Source of the DNA: Bryobacteraceae bacterium
GTDB taxonomy: Bacteria > Acidobacteriota > Terriglobia > Bryobacterales > Bryobacteraceae
Assembly: GCA_035568415.1 (NCBI GenBank)
Contig: DATMOC010000049.1
Span: 28,246-92,245 of the forward strand
Direction of reading: 5' to 3'
DNA: 64,000 bases
Of this stretch, positions 15,028 through 23,880 are shown in pieces; position 1 is the first letter of the stretch; each line of letters begins with the position of its first letter. The notes beneath the pieces were generated by a model, which was not told where the DNA came from, made no database searches, and saw nothing but the letters and a program-made list of their open reading frames with translations. A program made the translations under genes and the position numbers.

Positions 15028-18000
15028 ATGGAGCGTAGCCGCACACTTCCCAGACGAGCCGCTGGCGTCGCATTAGTCGCCTCGCTGTTCGCGTCTTGGG
15101 CTGCCGCGTTAAATCCGGCGCTGGATATCAGCCAGTATGCGCACACTTCGTGGAAACTTGACGAGGGTTTTTTTAAAGGAGCAGTCCACTCGATCGCTCA
15201 AACGCCCGACGGTTTTCTCTGGCTCGGTACCGAGTTTGGCCTCGTGCGCTTCGATGGCGTAAAAGCCGTCGAGTGGCCGATTCAGGGCTCTCTTCCGGCC
15301 CAGCAGGTTAGGAGCCTGCTCGCCGGGCGCGACGGAACTCTATGGATTGGCACAGCCAGAGGCCTCGTCAGCCTGAAAGATGCGAGTCATAAGGTTGTCC
15401 AATACGATGAGCTTACCGGGGAAACGATCTTTTCCTTGGTCGAGGATCGCGCCGGCAACATCTGGGTCGCGGGCTGGTCTGCGTCCAAAACGACGCTGTG
15501 CTCCATCGGGAAAGGCGGTACGCAGTGTCACGGAGAGGATGGCGTTTTGGGCAGCGTGGTCGGAGGCCTATACACGGATCGCAAAGACAACCTATGGATA
15601 GGAAGCGGTGACGGCGTGTGGCGATGGAGTCCTGGGCCGCGGAAGCTTTATTCGATACGGGGCGAAAGTGGTTTCGACGCTCTAGCCGAGGACGGCAATG
15701 GCGCCTTGCTGTTCGCGCAGGGTGGCGCAATCAAGCGCCTCGTGGATGGCCATGTGGAAGCGCTCTCCCGCCTTCCCGCAGCCACGCGGGAGTTTCATGT
15801 ACGGAGAATGCTTCGCGATCGCGATGGCGGTCTCTGGGTGGGAACCTCGGGTGGCGGCCTCGCGCACATACATCAGGGCAGGACCGAAATGTTCACCCGG
15901 ACCGAGGGACTTTCGGGCGAGGATATCACGGCGATGTTTGAGGATCGCGACGGCAACATCTGGGTCAGCAACTTCAACGGGCTCGACCGGTTTCGCGATA
16001 CTCCCGTTACGACATACTCCCAGCGCGAGGGACTATCGAGCGTGCGCATCGTCTCCGTGCTTGCGGCCAAGGACGGAAGCGTCTGGATGCGCACTCTCGA
16101 CGGGTTGAATCGAATGAAGAACCGGGAGGTCGCCTTTTATCGTGAGCAGGACCAGAGCATTACGCCGGTATCCCGGTCGCACACGAATGCATCAGCAGTG
16201 AATGGATTCCGGGAGCAAGGCGCCGGATCGCTTTACGAAGACACTAAGGGGCGAATCTGGGTGTCGACTCTCAACGCAGTCGGTTATATGGAAAACGAGC
16301 GGTTTGTGCTGGTACGCGGCGTCCCGGCAGGACGAATCCACTCGATTACCAGTGATCGGGCGGGTAGGATGTGGTTCGCCCACCAGGATCGTGGTCTTTT
16401 TCGCTGGGAGGAGAGCGGGGCGGTCCAGGAAACTGCCTGGAGTGCGCTGGGTCAAAGAGGTTTTGCCGATGTTCTCGCCGCGGATCCATTGGAGGGCGGC
16501 CTCTGGATCGGCTTTTTTGGTGGCGCGTTGCTCTACTTTCAGGACGGCCGCGTCTTGAGATCCTACACGTCCGCCGACGGGCTCGCCGATGGCCGCATCA
16601 ACGACCTTCGAGTCGAAGCTGACGGCACACTCTGGGTTGCAACCGAGGGCGGACTGAGCCGATTGAAAAATGGCCGTATCGTTACGTTGACGACGAAACA
16701 GGGCTTGCCATGCAACAGGGTTCACTGGTCGATTGAAGACGACCTCCATTCGGTTTGGCTGTACACGTCGTGCGGGCTCCTGCGAATCCCGCGCTCCGAA
16801 TTGGACGCGTCGGCTGTGGCGATCGAAAAAGACAAGAACGCCGCGGTGCGGATTCGACCGGCGGTTTTTGACAGCTCAGATGGACTGCGGGCGCGCGCAA
16901 ACGCAGGCGGATTCAGTCCCCACGTCACCAAATCCTCGGATGGGAGATTATGGTTTTTCCCGCTGGATTGCCTTAGTTCCATCGATCCAGCCCGCCTTCC
17001 GCTGGACAGCTTGCCACCGCCTGTTCACATCGAACAGCTTCAAGCCGACCGCATTGCCCACAGATATACGTCCGATCCAAAGGATCGCCTCATGCTGCCG
17101 CCGCTCGTTCGCGATCTGGAAATCGAATACAACGCGCTGAATATTGCCGCACCGGACAAGCTGCGCTTCCGCTACATGCTAGAGGGCCGGGATCACGATT
17201 GGACGGACGCGGGGACTCGCAGGCAGGCGTTCTACAACGACCTCCCTCCGGGAAACTACCACTTCCGCGTGACTGCCACGAACAGTATCATCTGGAACGA
17301 GACCGGCGCGGTTTTGGATTTCGCTGTGACTCCAGCGTACTATCAGACGCGCTGGTTCCAAGCGTTGTCTCTGGTGTCGTTCTTCGGCGTGCTCGGAATG
17401 CTCTATGCACTTCGGTCGCGCCAGGTCGCACGCCAATTTAAGATCCGGCTGGAAGAGCGTGTCGGCGAACGCACGCGCATTGCCCGAGATTTGCACGACA
17501 CGCTGCTGCAGAGTTTTCAAGGGGTCCTGCTGAAGTTTGGCGCGATCACCTATCTGCTCGAAAATCACCCGGAAGCCCGGAAAAGACTGGAGGGTGTCTG
17601 TGATGACGCCAGAAAGGCGATCGGCGAGGGCCGTGACGCAGTGCAGGGGCTGCGCTCGTCCACGGTCATCACCAACGACCTTGCCCGTGCGATCAGCACG
17701 CTGGGAGAAGCGCTCGTCGCCCAGCCATCCTCCGGTGAGGCTGGCCAGACTTGTCCCGAATTCCGCGTGCACGTGGAAGGGAAATCAAGGAACCTGGCTC
17801 CCCTCGTCCGCGACGAAGTCTACCGGATCGCCGGGGAGGCCCTGCGCAATGCATTCCGGCACGCCCAGGCGAAGCGGATCGAAGTGAAGATTCACTACGA
17901 CCAGCGGCGGCTCCGATTGCGCGTCCGCGACGACGGAAAGGGCATCGACCCGCAGGTCTTCGAAGCCGGCGGCCGCGCCGGACATCACGGTATGCCGGGC

Positions 18001-18156
18001 ATGCAGGAGCGCGCCGCACTGGCGGGCGGACAACTGGCGGTCTGGAGTGAACTCGGTTCCGGTACAGAAATCGAAGTGACTATTCCAGCTTCGATTGCCT
18101 ATGCAAAATCGGTTCCGGACGGCCAGTCGATGTCGTCCGGAAAGGAAACGGCATGA
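15028..18156 (+). CDS. Sensor histidine kinase with periplasmic Reg_prop beta-propeller/Y_Y_Y sensor and HisKA_3 + HATPase_c core
   Basis: Repeated ..DG.LW.GT..GL..F motifs span about 650 aa. Then come a Y_Y_Y-like segment (FRYMLEGRDHDWTDAG...PPGNYHFRV), a TM helix, the H-box RTRIARDLHDTLLQ (NarL-class HisKA_3), and the N/G boxes (EALRNAFRH.., DDGKGID, GMPGMQERA). Confidence 0.85.
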   Translation: MERSRTLPRRAAGVALVASLFASWAAALNPALDISQYAHTSWKLDEGFFKGAVHSIAQTPDGFLWLGTEFGLVRFDGVKAVEWPIQGSLPAQQVRSLLAGRDGTLWIGTARGLVSLKDASHKVVQYDELTGETIFSLVEDRAGNIWVAGWSASKTTLCSIGKGGTQCHGEDGVLGSVVGGLYTDRKDNLWIGSGDGVWRWSPGPRKLYSIRGESGFDALAEDGNGALLFAQGGAIKRLVDGHVEALSRLPAATREFHVRRMLRDRDGGLWVGTSGGGLAHIHQGRTEMFTRTEGLSGEDITAMFEDRDGNIWVSNFNGLDRFRDTPVTTYSQREGLSSVRIVSVLAAKDGSVWMRTLDGLNRMKNREVAFYREQDQSITPVSRSHTNASAVNGFREQGAGSLYEDTKGRIWVSTLNAVGYMENERFVLVRGVPAGRIHSITSDRAGRMWFAHQDRGLFRWEESGAVQETAWSALGQRGFADVLAADPLEGGLWIGFFGGALLYFQDGRVLRSYTSADGLADGRINDLRVEADGTLWVATEGGLSRLKNGRIVTLTTKQGLPCNRVHWSIEDDLHSVWLYTSCGLLRIPRSELDASAVAIEKDKNAAVRIRPAVFDSSDGLRARANAGGFSPHVTKSSDGRLWFFPLDCLSSIDPARLPLDSLPPPVHIEQLQADRIAHRYTSDPKDRLMLPPLVRDLEIEYNALNIAAPDKLRFRYMLEGRDHDWTDAGTRRQAFYNDLPPGNYHFRVTATNSIIWNETGAVLDFAVTPAYYQTRWFQALSLVSFFGVLGMLYALRSRQVARQFKIRLEERVGERTRIARDLHDTLLQSFQGVLLKFGAITYLLENHPEARKRLEGVCDDARKAIGEGRDAVQGLRSSTVITNDLARAISTLGEALVAQPSSGEAGQTCPEFRVHVEGKSRNLAPLVRDEVYRIAGEALRNAFRHAQAKRIEVKIHYDQRRLRLRVRDDGKGIDPQVFEAGGRAGHHGMPGMQERAALAGGQLAVWSELGSGTEIEVTIPASIAYAKSVPDGQSMSSGKETA

Positions 18157-18304
18157 AGATCCCGCATCTCCCTTTCTTGGCTGGCCTGTCATAATGGATC
18201 AGGGCGGTGCCGTCAGGTTTAAGGAAACCAGCCGTGAAATGACGGAGGGTTGGGTCCAGACGGCAATTTTAGCGGCGTCATTTTGAGATTCACATGTCGC
18301 TTTC

Positions 18305-19483
18305 ATGAAGCGGCTCCTCTTTATCACGGAACACTTTCCTCCCGCCTTGGGTGGCGTAGCGGCCAGTGCGAATCGCATCGTAAATGCGCTGCATAGCCTG
18401 GGAGTCGATGTCGACGTAATCGCCTGGACACGCGCACTGCAGCCGGGGGTCGTCGAATCGACGGGCGAGAATCCGCGAGTCTTCCGAATCGGGCGCTTCC
18501 GGGAATGGGACAGCACGTTTCCACACTCGATGAACTTGTGCGATTGGCTGTACTCGATCGCTCCATATCAGGCGATCTGGGGACACTATCTGGCGCCCGC
18601 CGGCTTTTTCGCCGCGTGGCTCGGACGATTGAAGAGCACGCCATCCGCCGTGAGCATTCGAGGCAACGACCTGGATCGCGATGTGTTTCCTCCTGGTGAT
18701 TTCGCGCGCCTGCGCTGGACGCTCGAGAACGCCACGGTCGTGACCGCGGTCACTAGAGAACTGTCGCGCAAGGTCACGGCGCTGGTCGAGCGCGATGACG
18801 TGGTGTACCTACCCAACTCGGTCGATCACGAAGTGTTCCAGCCAGAGCCTGCCCCGGATGGTCTGAGGCAGCAGCTCGGAATTCAACCCGACGAATTGGT
18901 GCTGGGCTTCTGCGGCGAGCTGCGCGAAAAGAAGGGCTTGCAACCAATCCTGGAGGCACTCCGGCAAGTCCGTGCGAAGCGGCCTGCCTGTCTGCTGATT
19001 ATCGGCGAAGTGCGGCCGTCGCAGATGCCGAGGTTGTTCGAGTTCACCGCTGGGGAGCCGCTGCCGGCGCATCGGATCCTGGTCACAGGCGCGTTAGCGG
19101 GAGGACCCCGCGCGGTGAATCAACATCTTCAACTGTGCGACGTTTATTTGCAACCTTCGCTCTGGGACGGGATGCCGAACGCCCTACTGGAGGCAATGGC
19201 GGCCGGATGCGCTTGCATCGCCAGCGATGCCGGCGGTATCCCTGAAATCATCACACCCGGAGTGGATGGATTGATTCTCCCGCGCTGGCAATTGCATCGA
19301 CTGGCGGAAGCGATCCTCGCATGGGAGAACCAAGAAGGGCCGCATCATCGCCGTATGCGGGAGGGGGCGCGCAGGCGAGTCGTCGAACACTTCAACTTCA
19401 ATCAGGAACGTGCACGCCTTCAGAATTTGCTAGCGAAACTGGGCGATCGATCAGGTCACGATGCACTGCGAGCAACGACTTAA
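18305..19483 (+). CDS. Glycosyltransferase family 4
   Basis: MKRLLFITEHFPPALGGVA.. at the N-terminus, and ..LQPSLWDGMPNALLEAMAAGCACIASDAGGIPEII at the C-terminus (the GT4 EX7E region). Confidence 0.85.
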   Translation: MKRLLFITEHFPPALGGVAASANRIVNALHSLGVDVDVIAWTRALQPGVVESTGENPRVFRIGRFREWDSTFPHSMNLCDWLYSIAPYQAIWGHYLAPAGFFAAWLGRLKSTPSAVSIRGNDLDRDVFPPGDFARLRWTLENATVVTAVTRELSRKVTALVERDDVVYLPNSVDHEVFQPEPAPDGLRQQLGIQPDELVLGFCGELREKKGLQPILEALRQVRAKRPACLLIIGEVRPSQMPRLFEFTAGEPLPAHRILVTGALAGGPRAVNQHLQLCDVYLQPSLWDGMPNALLEAMAAGCACIASDAGGIPEIITPGVDGLILPRWQLHRLAEAILAWENQEGPHHRRMREGARRRVVEHFNFNQERARLQNLLAKLGDRSGHDALRATT

Positions 19484-20537
19484 CGGCGTGGGCCCAGGTG
19501 TAGCGCTCCGCAACCAATCGCCGGGCATTCAAGGTTAACTTCTCCGCGAGCCCCGGATCGCTGCGGAGCCGCACGATAGCCTTCGCCATCGAATCCGCGG
19601 ATCCGGGCTCGGTTAACAGAAAGTGTTTTTCGCCGGTCCCTAACTCCCGCACGATTCTTAGATTGCTCGCGATCACAGGACGTCCTGCCGCCATGCCTTC
19701 CAGAACTTTCAGCGGACAGCATCCTTGAACCACGTTGCGGTCATTCCACAGCAACGGTGCAAGCACGGCATGGCACGTCGTCAGCTCTTCGGCGAGTTCC
19801 TCCTGGGATACAGCGGGCCGTATCGCGATTCGATCCCCGCCACTGAGCTTGCCGGCGAGCCTGGTAAGCAGCTTGATTCTCATCCGGCTCCCCGTGCCCA
19901 ACACCGTAAGAGATGCCCCGTCCACTTGCGCCACGGCGCGAATCGCGACATCGACGCCTTGCCACGGCGACAGCGTGCCGAAGTAGAGCAGCTTCCACTC
20001 AATCCTGCCGGGGATTGCTCCGGAAGGATGGAACAGCTGCGTGTCGGCGCCGTTCGGAATAACCGCGATTCTGTCGCGAGCCGCGCCACGCGCCTGAATC
20101 AGAAAGTCGCGAGTGACGGTGCTCGGCGTGACGATGCGATCCGCCGCGGCGATGCACGCACATTCCTGTATTTGGATCTTGTACATCAACTCGCGATCAT
20201 CCTCTGAACCTGGATAGCGATACTTCAACTCGATGGAAGGAAGCCCGTTGACCTCGAACACCAGCGCCGCGCCGTTGCTCCGCTTCAGTATCGGCAGCCC
20301 TTCGAAGATGGAACGAAAATGAATGACTTGATAGCTGCGCGTCGCGAGCCAGCGCGTCAGGAATCCGCGGAAGTAGAGTACGCGTTCGATCATGGCGACG
20401 CTGCCAGTGCAGCGGCTGCGCTTAAGAATCCGATTCGGCTTGCCGGCCTCGCTCAGATGAAAGAGTTCCGCTCCACGGACCAAGGTTTGGCGATGAAAAC
20501 GATTTTGAAAAACAATCCGACAGTCGCGGCCACTCAT
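19398..20537 (-). CDS. Glycosyltransferase family 4 (divergent N-terminal domain)
   Basis: ..IAVIPNGADTQLFHP...LLYFGTLSPWQGVD...GCCPLKVLEGMAAGRPVIASNLRIVRELG.. The 3' end overlaps the convergent GT4 gene by 86 nt. Confidence 0.75.
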   Translation of the reverse strand: MSGRDCRIVFQNRFHRQTLVRGAELFHLSEAGKPNRILKRSRCTGSVAMIERVLYFRGFLTRWLATRSYQVIHFRSIFEGLPILKRSNGAALVFEVNGLPSIELKYRYPGSEDDRELMYKIQIQECACIAAADRIVTPSTVTRDFLIQARGAARDRIAVIPNGADTQLFHPSGAIPGRIEWKLLYFGTLSPWQGVDVAIRAVAQVDGASLTVLGTGSRMRIKLLTRLAGKLSGGDRIAIRPAVSQEELAEELTTCHAVLAPLLWNDRNVVQGCCPLKVLEGMAAGRPVIASNLRIVRELGTGEKHFLLTEPGSADSMAKAIVRLRSDPGLAEKLTLNARRLVAERYTWAHAVKSLLAVHRDLIDRPVSLANSEGVHVPD

Positions 20538-20620
20538 TCAGCGAACCAAGCGATGTTGCTCGGTGCGTATCGCATCCTAAACCTGGCCCGTCAACGCGTG
20601 ACTGCGACCGGAGGTACGAA

Positions 20621-20944
20621 GTGATTCCGGGCGGATGGCAATGCCCCAAACGCATAGGTTTTTTGTTCCCTCATCCCTGCGAGCGTTTGACGCCCGCCGG
20701 TTGTCCGGATTGCGACAGCGGCCGAGTAGGAGACCCGTACCGAAGCCGATCTGATCGCCCGGGCTACGAGGGTGACGACTTCGACAACTACACATCAGAT
20801 GAGACCGGGGATGCGTCTAGTCCTCCGGTCTTCGGCGGCGGCGATTCCGGTGGAGGAGGTGCGTCGGTGGACTTCACCGAAGCGGATGGCGCAAGCCTCG
20901 TCAATACGGATGACGCCTTCGAAGACGATCTCTCGGCAAGTTGA
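20621..20944 (+). CDS. Hypothetical small Cys-rich protein with acidic/Gly-rich tail
   Basis: GTG start with GGAGG 6 nt upstream (20610-20614). Four Cys lie in the first 31 aa (WQCPKR..HPCERLTPAGCPDC), followed by a D/E/G-rich tail with FGGGDSGGGGASVDF. The stop overlaps the TTG start of the next gene (TTGA). Confidence 0.55.
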   Translation: MIPGGWQCPKRIGFLFPHPCERLTPAGCPDCDSGRVGDPYRSRSDRPGYEGDDFDNYTSDETGDASSPPVFGGGDSGGGGASVDFTEADGASLVNTDDAFEDDLSAS

Positions 20945-21885
20945 AGATCCTGATCTACGCACTCGGTGGCGGATGGGGACATGTGACCCGAGCTGCCGCG
21001 CTGGCTCGCGCGCTGAGTCCGGCCGCGCGCGTGCGAATACTCGCCAACAGCCCGTATCTTCCAATCGTACAAACCGCGATGCCGGAGCTCTCGATTGAAA
21101 CTGTTTCCACGTCGATGGAGGTTGCCTCGCGAATTGCCGGGGAAAAGTTCGACGTCCTGGTGGTTGACACATTTCCCCGTGGCCTGGGAGGAGAACTGGC
21201 GCCCGTGCTTGCTTCTCTGCGAGCGTCGAAAATCCTTGTCCATCGCGACCTCAATCCCGCGTATGTGGCGTGGGCCAAACTGCGCCCGTTTGTCTCCCGC
21301 CACTATGATGGGGTTCTCTGCCCAGGCGAAAGAGGTCCGCTAGCGGATCTCCCGCAAGCCCACTTCACTCCGCCGTGGCTAGTGAGGCCGCCCATTGAAG
21401 TTAACCCCGGCGCCGAAGTTGTCGTGTGCGCTGGGGGCAACGCGGCAGAGATGCCTTGGTATCGCGAAGTGGCCGCGCTGCTATCGCGCAAAGTCGATTT
21501 ACATTGTCTTGCGGCGGAGCTACCGACCGGAACTGCACGCGAGCGGTGGAGTCGATACTGGCCGTCCATCGACTGGGTCGCGAGCGCCAGGGCCGTCGTC
21601 GGTGGTGCCGGTTACAACACCATCAACGAATGCTTCGCCTTATCGGTGCCATTGATCGCACGGCCCTGGCCGCGAAAGTACGATCGCCAGCGGTTGAGGG
21701 CCGAACAATACCAAAATGTCAGAATTGTTGAAACGCCTCACGAGGGAGCGCGTGCTGTTCTCGACGCACTCGCACGGCGCCCAACTACGCCGCCGGTCTT
21801 CAGAAACGGGACGGGCGAGGCCGCGGACTGGATCCTGTCTAACGCCAGGTCACGCGGGCTCGACCATGCACGGACCCATTTATAG
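20941..21885 (+). CDS. MurG-like (GT28/GT1 fold) glycosyltransferase
   Basis: MKILIYALGGGWGHVTRAAALARAL (the G-loop GGxGH as in MurG), with C-terminal ..VVGGAGYNTINECFALSVPLI.. TTG start. Confidence 0.7.
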   Translation: MKILIYALGGGWGHVTRAAALARALSPAARVRILANSPYLPIVQTAMPELSIETVSTSMEVASRIAGEKFDVLVVDTFPRGLGGELAPVLASLRASKILVHRDLNPAYVAWAKLRPFVSRHYDGVLCPGERGPLADLPQAHFTPPWLVRPPIEVNPGAEVVVCAGGNAAEMPWYREVAALLSRKVDLHCLAAELPTGTARERWSRYWPSIDWVASARAVVGGAGYNTINECFALSVPLIARPWPRKYDRQRLRAEQYQNVRIVETPHEGARAVLDALARRPTTPPVFRNGTGEAADWILSNARSRGLDHARTHL

Positions 21886-21962
21886 CGGACTCCTGTAAAA
21901 TGGCTTCCGAAAATGGATCTCGCAATTTGGCCGCGAATCGGAAAATCAAGGAGGCCGTCCAA

Positions 21963-23102
21963 ATGATGCTGTCGATGAGAAGTCCGGCGATTTGGGCGAT
22001 TCTAATTGCCGGGCTCATGGCCGCGCAGGGTACGAATAACGCATCCATCACCCCACGCGGCGGCGTCAATCCTGCGACTATTCCGACAGCGGCGATGGGC
22101 GCAACGATCTCCGGCCGCTTCCAACTCGAGGATGGCTCGCCTCCGCCGGACCGGGTGCGCATCGAGCTGGTCTGCAATTCCGTCCCGCGTCCGCAGGGCT
22201 GGAGCGACTCTAAAGGAGGCTTCAGCGTTCAGTTAGGCCAGAGCGTTACGGACGAAGTGATGGACTTGACGTATTCACGTCCGGCATCAACGCCGAACTC
22301 GGGGGCGGCGGCTGCGACAGAGCCGGCGTCGATCGATACGATTCCTCGAGACCTGATGGGATGCGATATTCGCGGCGCGCTCCTCGGTTATCGCTCTGAT
22401 ATAGCCCCAGTCTCCGGACATCGCCGCCTGGATTCACCGGACGTGGGCACCATCATTCTGCATCGCCTCTCGAATGTCGAAGGTCGCAGTATCAGCGCGA
22501 CCAGCGGATTGGCGCCGGCCGACGCTCGCAAAGCGTTCGAGAAAGGCGAGGACGCGATCAAGAAACGCAATATTGATGAAGGGCAAAAGAATTTTAAGAG
22601 AGCCGTCGAGATTTTTCCCAAGTACGCTGTGGCGTGGCTCTACCTGGGACGAGTCTACGAGATGCGTAAGCACTATAAGGAAGCGATCGATGCTTACCGC
22701 CAGTCCATTGCCGCCGATCAGAAGTATCTGTATCCATATGAGCGTCTGTACATACTGCTGGCAAACGGCGAGACTTGGCCGGATGTTTTGGACACCACCA
22801 ACAAGGTGATTCATCTGGACCCGATCGATTTTCCGCGCGCCTACTACTTCAACGCCATCGCGAATCTGAATGTCAACGAGCTGGACGCGGCGGAAAAAAG
22901 CGCCCGCGAGGCCGTGAAGCTCGACCTGGCGGGGAGTCCGCGTTCAGGTTACGTGCTCGGCGTGATTCTGGCGCGCAAGCAGAACTTCACGGAGTCGGCT
23001 CAACTGCTGCGCGCCTATCTCCAGGCGGTTCCCAATTCGCCGGATACGGACGCGGTGAAGCAGCAGCTGGCGGTGCTCGAAAAGCTCGCGAAGCCTCAGT
23101 GA
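21963..23102 (+). CDS. Secreted CarboxypepD_reg-like + TPR repeat protein
   Basis: AAGGAGG (21948-21954) lies 8 nt before ATG 21963. Signal-like MMLSMRSPAIWAILIAGLMAAQG, then ISGRFQLEDGSPPPDRVRIELVC..GGFSV, then TPR-like repeats (..AVAWLYLGRVYEMRKHYKEAIDAYRQSIAADQKY..). Confidence 0.7.
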   Translation: MMLSMRSPAIWAILIAGLMAAQGTNNASITPRGGVNPATIPTAAMGATISGRFQLEDGSPPPDRVRIELVCNSVPRPQGWSDSKGGFSVQLGQSVTDEVMDLTYSRPASTPNSGAAAATEPASIDTIPRDLMGCDIRGALLGYRSDIAPVSGHRRLDSPDVGTIILHRLSNVEGRSISATSGLAPADARKAFEKGEDAIKKRNIDEGQKNFKRAVEIFPKYAVAWLYLGRVYEMRKHYKEAIDAYRQSIAADQKYLYPYERLYILLANGETWPDVLDTTNKVIHLDPIDFPRAYYFNAIANLNVNELDAAEKSAREAVKLDLAGSPRSGYVLGVILARKQNFTESAQLLRAYLQAVPNSPDTDAVKQQLAVLEKLAKPQ

Positions 23103-23104
23103 AG

Positions 23105-23788
23105 TTACGAATTCGGCGTGGCCTTCCGCCGCGACAAGAACTGGTTCATCTTGACGCGCGGCCCGCTGCTTTCGAAGGCGGCTTCGAACGCGTCGATTCC
23201 CGCATCAATGGCGGCGCTGAGAGGGAGATCCTCCCATTGACGAATCAACTTCTTCTGCAATCGAACCGCGCTGGCACCGGCTTCCAGAATCGACGCGATC
23301 CATTCTTCTACAGCATGATCAAGATCAGCGAGGGGCACTACTTTCTCGATCAGCCCCCAAGCGGCGGCTTCCTGTGCGTCGATGGTTTCGCCCAGCAGCA
23401 GCATTTGCCGGGTCCGTCCCCAACCGATCAGCGACGGCAGCAGCGCCGCTTCGATGACGGATGGAATCCCCACTTTCACTTCAGGCATTCCAAAGCGCGA
23501 GGTATCCGACGCGACGCGCAGGTCGCACGCGGCGGCGACTTCGAGTCCGGCGCCCAGTGTATATCCAGCGATCCGGGCGATCGCCGGAACTGGAAGATCC
23601 CGCAATGCAGCACAACATTCATGCAGGCCAGTGATGAAATCTCGGGCAGACGTGGTATCGAGCTGCGCCATCTCAGCGATATCCGCGCCGCCAATAAAGG
23701 CGCGGTCTCCTTCGCCGGTCAGCACCACCGCGCGCAACTCGTCATTCCGCGAAAGTTCTGAGATGGTGGAAACGAACTGGTCCATCAA
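23105..23788 (-). CDS. Enoyl-CoA hydratase/isomerase (crotonase) family protein; true start probably upstream of 23788
   Basis: ..AVVLTGEGDRAFIGGADIAEM...ARIAGYTLGAGLEVAAACDLRVASD..FGMPEVKVGIPS.. is the crotonase core. In-frame homology (VAHVTIRNPGKLNTLN) continues upstream of the first ATG/GTG/TTG (see finding). Confidence 0.8.
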   Translation of the reverse strand: MMDQFVSTISELSRNDELRAVVLTGEGDRAFIGGADIAEMAQLDTTSARDFITGLHECCAALRDLPVPAIARIAGYTLGAGLEVAAACDLRVASDTSRFGMPEVKVGIPSVIEAALLPSLIGWGRTRQMLLLGETIDAQEAAAWGLIEKVVPLADLDHAVEEWIASILEAGASAVRLQKKLIRQWEDLPLSAAIDAGIDAFEAAFESSGPRVKMNQFLSRRKATPNS

Positions 23789-23880
23789 CGCTCGATTCAG
23801 CGTGTTCAGTTTTCCGGGGTTGCGGATTGTGACGTGTGCGACTTGCGCATCAAGTCGAACCCCGATCTGTGCCGGCTCGC

